From contig JAGVPM010000082.1 of the NCBI GenBank assembly GCA_020052235.1, positions 1 through 55,534 of the forward strand: a DNA stretch of 55,534 bases. Direction: 5' to 3'. The notes under the pieces were generated by a model. The model did not search any database and was not told where the DNA came from. It was given only the letters and a program-made list of their open reading frames with translations. The DNA is from Candidatus Goldiibacteriota bacterium (GTDB lineage Bacteria; Oederibacteriota; JAAXVQ01). Each line of letters starts with the position of its first letter. Positions within the stretch are counted from its first letter, which is position 1. Below are positions 28,801 through 37,344 of this stretch, piece after piece. Both the position numbers and the translations under genes were made by a program.

Positions 28801-31800
28801 GCCCACCGTTCGCGCAAAACTAAATCCGGGGTGGGAAGCGCCGGATACAGTAACCGGGTAACTCTCAGGTCCCGCCGGTTTAATCCATAGCGCCCGAACA
28901 TTTCATCCTCATACGCGAGTTCGCCGCCATATATGCTGAAATCTTCCATGGCCAAATTCTCAGCCGCACGAATGGTTTGCATGCCGGGTTTCATAGGAAA
29001 TTCGTAATGGGTGTCCTCGTAGAAAAAATGCACCCCCAGCGGGCGCATGCTGCCGTCGGCTTGTTTCTGATACAATACAAAACGCGCATACGGGACTTCA
29101 TTCTGCGTGGACGCGAATCCGTTCAGCAAATACCCGCCGGTTTCCAAATCTTGCCCCATGCGGTTAATAATCTGGGTTTCTTTGCCGGGGTTCATGTACA
29201 TGACATTGAAACACAATTTAATGCCAGCCGGGATATCCCGGCCGTATGAAGCGGTTTGAACCGTAAACCCATTTTTCAGGGCATAGGCCTGAATGGGATC
29301 GGGCGTCACCTCGATGTTTTGGTCCACGGCCAGGCCGTTCTGAAAATTAAAAAATTGCTCCCGGAACCGCGCCTGCACTGCCGGATTCTCAGCCTCGGCC
29401 AAAGGTTTTCCATCCTGGTGATACAGGCCGACGATCTCCCCGGCGGCATTGTGGTAGGCAAATACTCCGGTTGCAAAATCCCAGGTGCGGAATGCGGGAA
29501 GTAAAATATCCGCCCCGACCACGGAGTTATCCGGATTTATGGCTTTTACAATTTTGGTGAGTTCGGCCGTGGTAAACGGAACCGGGCCGCCCAACCCAAC
29601 ATCATTAATCACCACGCCGCCCGGGCGTTGCAAAAGTTGTTGAATGCCCTGATGCGCAAGCATAAAGCCATAGACACTTTTCAACCGCTGCGGCGAAGTG
29701 GTAAGCACCAAGCGTCCATTCCGGCGATTCGCCTTCAAATTGGCGGCAACTTCCCGTTGCAACGAAGGCGACAATCGCTCTTGAATGGCATTGAGTGTCT
29801 GCCACGCCGTGCGCGAAATGCGCGGATGGCCAAAACCATTAAACCGCATCAAGTCACGGGCAAAATTCTCCAATTGCTCCGGCGCTATTTCATCGGCCCG
29901 CAGTTCAATATTAACCATACCGCGGACATTCTCTGAGACATAACGCGAAAAAAGCAGCTGTGTTATGGCTTCCACCGGAACCGTTTGTGCGTGGTTGGCC
30001 GGAATCAAGGCCACTTCCCCGCGGCCGCCTTGGGTGAGCTCTGTTTCCTCCGGGTTATCCTGCGTGGGTGCATACGGTTTGCCCGCAAGTCGGCGCAACG
30101 GAGCCGGTGCTGTGGTGTTGAGCCACCACGCCAGGTAGAACGCGGTGACAGGAATATATTGCCCTAGAAAAATAACTTTTTGCAAAACTTTCCAAAATGC
30201 CGCAACGGCATTCTTTTTAAATACGTCCGCCAAATACGTCAGCGCCGACTGCACCCACGCGCGGTATTCCTGCCAAGTGGCTAACGCATGATTTGCGGTA
30301 TGGGCTTCAAAAATTTCATGAACCAGCACCGCGCGCTGAGCGGCCGGGGACAGGGAAAGAAAATTTTTATGCAACTGCACTACACCCAAGCGGCCTCGGC
30401 CTATTAAAATACCTTTCCCAAACATGGACCGCAGGGATTGTCCGGGCAATACCCTGAATAATGGACGCTGATACTTCGTCGGCAGGATGCCTTGCCTTTC
30501 AATATCCACAATCACGTTGAGCAACTGACGTTCAATTTCCCAAGGATGCAAGGCCGGTGCGCGCGGACGCGACACAGACCAAACATACCACAATCGCGGC
30601 ATAAAGCTGAGCGCCAAACCCAGCCCGGAAACAGCGCCTGCAATGGACAATGTGGTCAGGGAAACAGTAGAGCCAAGCGTGGTGGAAAACAACCCTGCCG
30701 CACCCACCACCGCCGCAAACACCGCCCCCCAGCGCGCCAAGGAAAACCGCAGCTCGCCCTTGCCCGGTTGATCCGAACGCCGGAAGAAAACCCGCATCCA
30801 GTCATTGTCAATTAATTGCTCAACCGGAATAGCCGGCGTTGGGGCAACCACGTCATTGGTGTCGGCCGATTTCAAAACGCCGGTTTTCAATTTTTCGTCT
30901 TGAAGCAAAACGGGTTCCACGGCTTGCGGTGTTCCATTTTTTTGGAGCGAAATGCCCACCACGTCCGAACTGCCCTCGCGGGACTTGTGATAGATCAATG
31001 TGGCCTGAAACTGCGGATTATCCGCCGTGATTTCCCGGATAGTTTTTATGGCCTGCTCGCTGTCCAGCGGAGCAAACTCGTTTGAATATTCAGGCGGCAT
31101 GAAATGCATATATACAATGCGGCCGCCATCCGGGAGCAACTCCCAAGCGCGGACCAAATAGTATAGGTTGTTGTATTTCATGCGTTCGTCTACGTTTGTT
31201 AATTGAATCGGACCGTACATCCCCATGAAACGAAACATATTGAAAAATACCAACACGGAAGGAAATGCTCTCAGCTTGGCGTCGTCCTGAAGCTGAATCG
31301 GAAATTTTTCATTAAAAAAATCAGCTCTGTACACTTCCTGGCCATCCTGGGCAAAGAAATCACTATCCATCAGGTTGTCAATGTTCAAAACGCGATAGCC
31401 TTGCGCCAGCAACGGATTCCGGCCAGAGCCCACGTTTAAAACAACCGCATCTCGGGGAACATTCAGGGCACGCAGGACCGTGCCGAGATTCTGCGATGCT
31501 TCCCGCCAGTAATTCTCTCCGCGATGTTTCGTCAGCTCAACTTCAATCTTGGCTGGATTGCCGGGCTGTCCTTCCTCCCGAATTGATTTTCCGCCATACA
31601 TCGGACCCGGCACAATCTTCATATCTCCGGCTACCAGAAAACCCCAACTCAGTTCCAACTTTTTCCCCAAAAACCAGTAGACCAGTACCAAACCCACCCC
31701 GGCGCCTGCCAAAATCATCCGCGGATTTTCGCGAACCCATTGGACCAGGCGAAGCAAAGCAGGACGCATCTGAATTTGGGGACGGTCTATGGTTCCGGCG

Positions 31801-34800
31801 TGCGTCTGTTCCTGAAGCCGTGCCTGTACCCAGCCCGTTAAGCCCTTTCGAAAAAGGCCGATATTCAAAAGCGTGCTGAACCGTATCCCCTCAGCCGATT
31901 CAGCCGTCCCTGCTTGCCGCTTCAGGGCCATCCCCTGGCGCAGGGCAGTATCCAGGCTCTGCACTGAAACAGCCCACAAGGCTTCCAGCGCCTCAGGCCG
32001 GCTTTGGTGCCACCAGCCCTCGCGGACCCACGTATCGATCACCAAACCCATGGCCGTTTGCACCGCGGCCAAGCGGCCGGCAAGATTTTCGTTTTCTTCC
32101 CAGGGACTCTGCGCCTGCACCACGGCGGCTTGCGTATACAGTTGCAGAATAGCGGCGGCTTTCTGCTGCGCGGTTTCTCCCAGGGATATATGCAGCTCCG
32201 GCACGCCCGCGGTCAAGGCCGCACTGGCGACTTCGCGTGCTTCAAATTGTTTCAACAACTGCCGCGCAAACTCCCGCAGCGGCAAACTTGCCGCTTGTGC
32301 CGGATCCGCCAAGCGTTGCAGCCATTTATGCCACCGGGCAACGGCCCGGGGCGCGGAGGCAACCTGGACGGTTATTTGCGCCAAATCGGCAGTGGTTAAA
32401 ATACCCTGTTGCCACCGTTGTTCCAGCCGGCTTTCCCACTCCGGCTTATCCAATGTTTCGGCCATGGCCAGCGGCAGCCCTTGCGCCAAGCGGAGCCGGT
32501 CTAAGTCTTGAGCAAAAATATTTCCGGTTTGTGCGAATTGATTGGCCGTGGGATCAAAAATCCATTCTGCCCCAGTCCGGGCATCCGTAACTTTTAGGAA
32601 AAAATGGTTCACTTCCCAACCGCGGCTCGCATGCCGGAGCAGCGTCACCCGATGCCCCTGAGCCGTTAGGGCTTGGTAGGCAGCCAGCGACGCCCAGTGA
32701 CAAACGTTCTCGCCATACCCCTGAAGATAAAATATCGCATTGGTGGCCGCATAAATCTCCCGGCACTGCGCCAATAAACCAATGCCCTGCAAGCGGCCTT
32801 CCAGCATTTTTTGAATACGGCTTAATCCCGGAACCGTATGCTCATTCACCAAAACCCGCGGCACAACCGCGGCATCTTGATAAAATGTATGCACCATGGC
32901 ATTGCCGGGATCCAATTGCGGCGTGCGGATCAACACATACGGTTCGTTGGCCAGAAAAAACACATCTTCCCCGTAGGCATCCAGCATGGATTCCGGGCGA
33001 GTGTCTTGCACTGCATTGGCCAATAAAGCATTCCGATTTTCCCGCCAGCGCCTGACCAATCCCGTACCCAGTGCCCAGGATTGCATCCCAGCCCATACGG
33101 TTTGCACTATTTCCTGCCAGCGGGGCCGAACCCGTTCCCGCAAGCCGGCAGCCAAAGCCGGAGTCAACGTTACATTGTATAATGACAGTTCCGCCTGATC
33201 CTGATGGTAGGTATAAAAAGGCACTGTCGGGGAATTTTTCCACGCTCCGGAAACAGCCGTGATGCGGAATAATTTTTCTCCGGCTTCCAAAATTAACGGT
33301 ACGGCTTTTTTCGCTGCATCCTTTTGCCAAGCATCCCAATCCACCCGGATGCGATAGGGTGAGCCTTGATTCAAAATTTGCAGCAACGCTTCAACCCGCG
33401 ATCGGAAACCGGACGCGTTCCGGCCTTGGGCCAGCAAAGGTGTCACTTGGGCCAGATATAATGCCCCGAAAGCTTGCCAAAAATCCTGATGCTCAGGGCG
33501 CAACTCCAATACCGAGGACAGAGCCAGCAAATGTTTTTCCGGCGGAGCAAACAAAGACCGGAAAGGCCCGAACTCTCCGGACAGTTGCCGAAAATAATGC
33601 CCGGAATCCTGACAGGAACGTATGTTGGGCCGCACGGTTAAACGCGAAATCCCGCGCGCTTTCAATTCCGCGTCAATCCCGGAGGTATGAAAACCGCCTG
33701 CCACCAGCACCGCGCGGTCAGTTTTGTAAACCTTCATGGCCCGCAACGTGTTTTCCACCAAAATCCGATTGCGCTTTTCAGCCAGTGTATAAAATTCCAG
33801 TGCTTCCTGCAGGCGCATATCCAAGTCATACAATTTTGGTTCTACCTCGGCCGTCACTCCCAATACGGATGCCTGATCTTGGTAAAAATCCAAAAACGCC
33901 TTAATGCTGAAACGCAGCCCTTGGCCGCGCGCATACGCCAGATCATCCTGAAACGCCGCGATATTCAGCAGCCGCTCCATGCGGTCCAAATCCTCGCGCC
34001 AGCGGTCAAGGGCCGCTTGCTGCGCCGGGTGTGAATACAATTTTGTTCGGATGGCCTGACGCAGGCGCTGGGTCTTAACTTCCACCTCGTGGGCTTCCCA
34101 GTCGGATTTGGCGTCCAATTCCGCCGCTTCCGGATATTCGGAAACATTGACCCGGACCGCCTGCGCGCGTGCTTTTAAAAACCGGAGATACACCGGCAGG
34201 GAAATTTTCTGTTCTTGAAACGCCTCAAGCTTTTCGTCCAGTTCCGCCAATTCTTCGGTATTCACCGCCCCCAGCAATTCTTCCAGCAGGTAACGGACAT
34301 TTTGAAACTGATTTTGCACTTTTTGCCATAAAAAACCCCGGACCATGCCCAGCGAACGTTCATATATTTCCGCATCTTCCACGCCATACAGTACAACACT
34401 TTCCTGAGAGGAAATCGCTGCTGCTTCGGTTCCCGAAAGTTGTCCGCTCTGCCTGAAGTAACTGAATAAGCGCTTTTTAATATCCGGATACGGCAGCTGC
34501 CGCAAGCGGTCAATATCCAAAAATCCCACTGACCCTTCAACCGCTACCAGGCGAATTTTATTTTGTTGAATGAATTGGGTAATAAGCTGTTGAATTTTTT
34601 CTTGAGCTTCGCTATTGGAATGCAAGTCTTCCACGTGAATAATGCCGGGAGGCTGTTCTTTATTTTCGCGTTTCAAATTGCGCCAATCAAATGCCCAGGA
34701 AAGTTCCGGCATAATAAAAATCACGGATAATATAACCGCCATGATCCGGAAAAAAGTGCGCCGTGTAACTTCATTCCAGCCTAAAAAATAATGAAAAACT

Positions 34801-34805
34801 AACAT
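25899..34805 (-). CDS. Giant (2968 aa) exported multidomain protein
   Basis: Uninterrupted 8.9-kb ORF with AAGGA RBS and signal peptide (...ILSVIFIMPELSWA). It has an EDLH/VEG/GVED/GGFH N-domain, a Cys-His-Asp segment, two SAM-MTase-like segments and two internal TM-containing repeats. Confidence 0.85.
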   Translation of the reverse strand: MLVFHYFLGWNEVTRRTFFRIMAVILSVIFIMPELSWAFDWRNLKRENKEQPPGIIHVEDLHSNSEAQEKIQQLITQFIQQNKIRLVAVEGSVGFLDIDRLRQLPYPDIKKRLFSYFRQSGQLSGTEAAAISSQESVVLYGVEDAEIYERSLGMVRGFLWQKVQNQFQNVRYLLEELLGAVNTEELAELDEKLEAFQEQKISLPVYLRFLKARAQAVRVNVSEYPEAAELDAKSDWEAHEVEVKTQRLRQAIRTKLYSHPAQQAALDRWREDLDRMERLLNIAAFQDDLAYARGQGLRFSIKAFLDFYQDQASVLGVTAEVEPKLYDLDMRLQEALEFYTLAEKRNRILVENTLRAMKVYKTDRAVLVAGGFHTSGIDAELKARGISRLTVRPNIRSCQDSGHYFRQLSGEFGPFRSLFAPPEKHLLALSSVLELRPEHQDFWQAFGALYLAQVTPLLAQGRNASGFRSRVEALLQILNQGSPYRIRVDWDAWQKDAAKKAVPLILEAGEKLFRITAVSGAWKNSPTVPFYTYHQDQAELSLYNVTLTPALAAGLRERVRPRWQEIVQTVWAGMQSWALGTGLVRRWRENRNALLANAVQDTRPESMLDAYGEDVFFLANEPYVLIRTPQLDPGNAMVHTFYQDAAVVPRVLVNEHTVPGLSRIQKMLEGRLQGIGLLAQCREIYAATNAIFYLQGYGENVCHWASLAAYQALTAQGHRVTLLRHASRGWEVNHFFLKVTDARTGAEWIFDPTANQFAQTGNIFAQDLDRLRLAQGLPLAMAETLDKPEWESRLEQRWQQGILTTADLAQITVQVASAPRAVARWHKWLQRLADPAQAASLPLREFARQLLKQFEAREVASAALTAGVPELHISLGETAQQKAAAILQLYTQAAVVQAQSPWEENENLAGRLAAVQTAMGLVIDTWVREGWWHQSRPEALEALWAVSVQSLDTALRQGMALKRQAGTAESAEGIRFSTLLNIGLFRKGLTGWVQARLQEQTHAGTIDRPQIQMRPALLRLVQWVRENPRMILAGAGVGLVLVYWFLGKKLELSWGFLVAGDMKIVPGPMYGGKSIREEGQPGNPAKIEVELTKHRGENYWREASQNLGTVLRALNVPRDAVVLNVGSGRNPLLAQGYRVLNIDNLMDSDFFAQDGQEVYRADFFNEKFPIQLQDDAKLRAFPSVLVFFNMFRFMGMYGPIQLTNVDERMKYNNLYYLVRAWELLPDGGRIVYMHFMPPEYSNEFAPLDSEQAIKTIREITADNPQFQATLIYHKSREGSSDVVGISLQKNGTPQAVEPVLLQDEKLKTGVLKSADTNDVVAPTPAIPVEQLIDNDWMRVFFRRSDQPGKGELRFSLARWGAVFAAVVGAAGLFSTTLGSTVSLTTLSIAGAVSGLGLALSFMPRLWYVWSVSRPRAPALHPWEIERQLLNVIVDIERQGILPTKYQRPLFRVLPGQSLRSMFGKGILIGRGRLGVVQLHKNFLSLSPAAQRAVLVHEIFEAHTANHALATWQEYRAWVQSALTYLADVFKKNAVAAFWKVLQKVIFLGQYIPVTAFYLAWWLNTTAPAPLRRLAGKPYAPTQDNPEETELTQGGRGEVALIPANHAQTVPVEAITQLLFSRYVSENVRGMVNIELRADEIAPEQLENFARDLMRFNGFGHPRISRTAWQTLNAIQERLSPSLQREVAANLKANRRNGRLVLTTSPQRLKSVYGFMLAHQGIQQLLQRPGGVVINDVGLGGPVPFTTAELTKIVKAINPDNSVVGADILLPAFRTWDFATGVFAYHNAAGEIVGLYHQDGKPLAEAENPAVQARFREQFFNFQNGLAVDQNIEVTPDPIQAYALKNGFTVQTASYGRDIPAGIKLCFNVMYMNPGKETQIINRMGQDLETGGYLLNGFASTQNEVPYARFVLYQKQADGSMRPLGVHFFYEDTHYEFPMKPGMQTIRAAENLAMEDFSIYGGELAYEDEMFGRYGLNRRDLRVTRLLYPALPTPDLVLRERWAFAGNELRVSPLRAVMAAGAALAIGAIVSSLFSPTAVLTTLSVWGAMSGLGLAVIYAPRLYYWLRLRQGRAPKLDSDAAGALLRSVFAEIERVGGLPASYRRPRVEVLPRQNWLSALLRGVLVGQGLKDREGRPLVRLHASFLSLPFGAQVAVLRHEVFEAFGQGHVRATWEEYKSYFQAKSENSSIREPLEVKLNQGRLEFNSTDPEWLRAWERLLATASGMVLQALTQHIQGGGRIRFARASGDLLIQQQGSLWILDPRLLLGQAGYPGAVFLAPAPNAVWELALGQVQVSGPGIGIRAWAFRQVFTGAAARQGMPAMVQAEAWLRQASLRIVGDVWRSRLGFNGIWDILRRQAGSVRSSELAAWLQLNLLRPVLRLDTTKAGELTVPQTVANTLRSQITLHVRAYWIARQAVQIFSQLPQTQRGNLKLYSDDTELLAAINMELSRLNKAGNDQAKQVLQQMQAVPLLGGQVPVAAPAPGLLVLTRQNQLTAPVVLAGWAKLISQGRVYVFGSATTPATAAFAAEKTVDWNAWQNVFAAAGRTVVGQEAEWLQAGLGEKALEEDQLAEEVEERAVNSGVLQQELRVSVLGAQTRSARDAVLRDAAAQIFDELAYGPEHQVLSSGIQMPLPIARIQSTETTPWEYAARANAAKELPAGKKSGARLRLEVKGSSAMRAPLGLRNRLYLALAASIFMTRKVSLLQKVFGRAPEVHGLKLWAIVRHSQFWTVSQTLWAVTNGTLMVQGEVDPVTAAEVKAALNRNPVFKAWFGKSAWVDALQRETAALRRETERLGDIGLELAPAAYLKYQLEQQLTEAQVAPRERGLLLRNLWENASWTNNLARLQALSRSAEQGADAARQQLRLQRLERRLLTALLAEMQQPGADAAYQLAVVKAMSVFTPERQVRIRLAVSAGNTVTYPAYWVPELVLHHPHLRNQLVNHFPVYDDSGQELKPADPSVIRTLAGSA

Positions 34806-34820
34806 ATTTCATCCTTAAAC

Positions 34821-34848
34821 GTAGGGAACAGGCATGCCTGTTCCCTAC
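34821..34848. repeat. GTAG-type REP, perfect 28-bp palindrome
   Basis: GTAGGGAACAGGCA-TGCCTGTTCCCTAC. Confidence 0.8.
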
Positions 34849-34864
34849 AAATTATTTTAGAAAA

Positions 34865-34893
34865 AGTATAGCATACCTGACAAAATATTTCAA
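34865..34893 (-). promoter_or_regulatory. Sigma70-type promoter for the giant gene
   Basis: TTGAAA-N17-TATACT with extended -10 (TGcTATACT). Confidence 0.6.
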
Positions 34894-34904
34894 ATTGTGT
34901 GGTT

Positions 34905-37331
34905 CTATTCCTGAGAGGTACCAAAAAGTTTATCAACCACTGAATACGGAAGGATGATTTCATATAGGTGACAGGGCTTGGAAATTCCTTTCAAAGCAAC
35001 AGTTTCCTGAATATCTCTTAAAATTATACGTTTATTTAAAAGCGTGTCATAATAGTACAAAAATTTTTCTTTTTCAAATTGTTTTTCGTTTTGATTAATA
35101 TTTTTAATATGAACTTCCGATTGCAACCGCTCAAAAACATCATCTGTCATCGCAATGCCACAGTTGAATAATTTCTTATCCCAGGCAAATACATTAAATG
35201 GAAACGGTTGGGCCAAATTTTCTTCAATGTATTTTTTCACTACATCGGAAGAACCCGAAAGCCGCGCGGATTGCGTTAATGCCGGGGAAATAACAATAGG
35301 ACATTTCGGCCGGTCATCGGACCCCACCATGGCTACGAATAATTCGCCGCAGGTCAACCCTACACCCACATCCACCCGGGGCATGCAATAATCGCCGGCA
35401 ATTTTTACCAGTGTCTTCATCAAAAAAACTTCAGCGATCGATACCGTATCCATTGCGGCCAACTCCCGCAAAAATACCATAACCTCCGGAGTGATTGCCT
35501 TCCCGCCCCAAGCGCTCAGGACTTTGGCCAAGGCTTTGGGTTTTAACCAAGGAACGCTTAAGGCTTTCGCCTCCAGGTACATGGCTTTAACCTTACGCCG
35601 GTGCTCATCGGATGATTGAGCCCGCAATTGTGTAAACCGCCCGGCAAGATTATACGCCGCCCGGATGGCATCCATGGACTTATGGTAGTGCGCGGCATAC
35701 CCGTCCCCGGCAAAATAAATCCGTTCCCCCTGGCAAGCTTGCGCCTCAAAATCCACAGCCGTGAGATACGGGGTTAAAAACGACGCAGTATCTTTGGTAA
35801 GCTTCATGGTGGTTTCCGTGGAATTGCGCAAATCCGCGAACAAAAAAGCGCTCCGGCGCCTGCGTTCCTGGGTGCCGGGATAAATATCGCCTTGGGCGCG
35901 GCAAAGATATAAATTGCCCTCGGTATAAGCATTGTCCATTTCCAGCTTCATACGGTCCCAAAGCGGCGTGCACGCGAGACGATCATGCTCGTCGTCCGGA
36001 CTTTCGGAATAATTCAACTCATATCCGCGCCAGAGTTTAACCCCGTTCCACCCCACGCTTTTATGGCTCACGCGGGCATACCGTGAACGTATCCGCTGGA
36101 AATTCCGGTACTGGAATAAAAAATCCGTCCAGCGTCCCAACGAGCGCTGCAGCACTTCGCTTAATTCCGCGCGTGAAAGCCTCCCCAGCCAGCGGCGGCG
36201 GCTGCGCTGCAGAAAATGTTTTGCATCTCCCAATATTTCCTGCGCGGGTTTGGCTAACTCCTTATGCCTGAGTTTCAACTGCTTGATGAACCGCCGGCGG
36301 GTTGGAGCATTTTTTAAAAAATCTTCTAAAAACCGATTCGAGCCCAGGCTGCCTGCGCTTTCAGAATCGGCTTGCGTGCCGAGTTTTTGCCTAAACCAGG
36401 TGCGCACCTGTTCACAGGCGATTTCCAAGACCAACTGCTCACGAAAGAGCCGTTCGCGCCGGATCCAGGTTAATAGCCGCTTGCGCTCGGGAATATGCTC
36501 CCATAAACGGCCTAACGTCTGTGGGTCAGCGAAGCCGGCGTCAATGCTGGTACATTCGAACCACCGTCCGGCTTTAAAAAACTCGTTAAAAAAATCCAGC
36601 CACGCCGTATAGGTACGCAGGGATATCCGGTACGGATTTAACCCGTGCAGCAAACGTTCCGGTGTCAGCTCATCGGCCGGTCCCGGCCAACACAAGGTCC
36701 AGGGATTAATTAAGCGCAACACCTCGGGATTGGCGTCCGGCGCGCCGAATTTTTCCTTGCGCCAACGCGCCAGATCAGCGTGGGATTCGGCGGCGGTCAG
36801 GGCCAGAGCCAGGCACCTGCCCAGTGTCATCCGCAGTTGCCACGCCGTGCTCCGGTCCAAGGAAATATTTTTTTCAAAATACTCATGAATAACATCGGCG
36901 ATTAAAAGCACGGCCAACTGCGCAACCCAGACATTCAAATTCGGAATATCGGTTTCGCGCTCCTGCCGAACCGCATTGCAGCGCAGGCGCCGGTAGGCAT
37001 CCGCCACGGCTCCGATCTCATTGGCCTGCCATTGCTGAAATGCCTGGGGCGACATGCGGGGCGTAACGCACCATTGATCATAAAAAAAATCCTGCAGCGC
37101 GGAATCGCGCCAGTTCGAAACCGGACCGGGCTGCGGTTCCGGGTCATGCACCAATTGCACCAGCCTCCGGACAGCGTGAAACACAATAGCTTCCAACCCG
37201 TCCGGCTCCCCGTCTGCGGGAGGAAACGCCGCCTGGTGAAACCGGGTTTGGCCTCCGTAATTCACTTCCGAAGGTTTATGTTCGAACACGGCTATGTCGC
37301 CGAGTTCCGGAAGCGCTTGTTTGGTGCGCAT
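34905..37331 (-). CDS. Class III nucleotidyl-cyclase-like protein with a large uncharacterised N-terminal region
   Basis: Motifs FLFADLRNST, YFAGDGY, VGVGLTCGE and LTQSARL. Start re-called at ATG 37331 (GAGGTG RBS). Confidence 0.72.
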   Translation of the reverse strand: MRTKQALPELGDIAVFEHKPSEVNYGGQTRFHQAAFPPADGEPDGLEAIVFHAVRRLVQLVHDPEPQPGPVSNWRDSALQDFFYDQWCVTPRMSPQAFQQWQANEIGAVADAYRRLRCNAVRQERETDIPNLNVWVAQLAVLLIADVIHEYFEKNISLDRSTAWQLRMTLGRCLALALTAAESHADLARWRKEKFGAPDANPEVLRLINPWTLCWPGPADELTPERLLHGLNPYRISLRTYTAWLDFFNEFFKAGRWFECTSIDAGFADPQTLGRLWEHIPERKRLLTWIRRERLFREQLVLEIACEQVRTWFRQKLGTQADSESAGSLGSNRFLEDFLKNAPTRRRFIKQLKLRHKELAKPAQEILGDAKHFLQRSRRRWLGRLSRAELSEVLQRSLGRWTDFLFQYRNFQRIRSRYARVSHKSVGWNGVKLWRGYELNYSESPDDEHDRLACTPLWDRMKLEMDNAYTEGNLYLCRAQGDIYPGTQERRRRSAFLFADLRNSTETTMKLTKDTASFLTPYLTAVDFEAQACQGERIYFAGDGYAAHYHKSMDAIRAAYNLAGRFTQLRAQSSDEHRRKVKAMYLEAKALSVPWLKPKALAKVLSAWGGKAITPEVMVFLRELAAMDTVSIAEVFLMKTLVKIAGDYCMPRVDVGVGLTCGELFVAMVGSDDRPKCPIVISPALTQSARLSGSSDVVKKYIEENLAQPFPFNVFAWDKKLFNCGIAMTDDVFERLQSEVHIKNINQNEKQFEKEKFLYYYDTLLNKRIILRDIQETVALKGISKPCHLYEIILPYSVVDKLFGTSQE

Positions 37332-37344
37332 ACTCACCTCGTGA

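Noticed and set aside
34740-34775. Tat signal (TRRTFF) on the giant protein
   Set aside because: It matches the motif, but a ~3000-aa multi-TM substrate is implausible for Tat. It is more likely the basic n-region of a Sec signal.
34905-37331. Pycsar or CBASS anti-phage system
   Set aside because: No adjacent cNMP-binding TIR or TM effector, and the neighbours are envelope genes.
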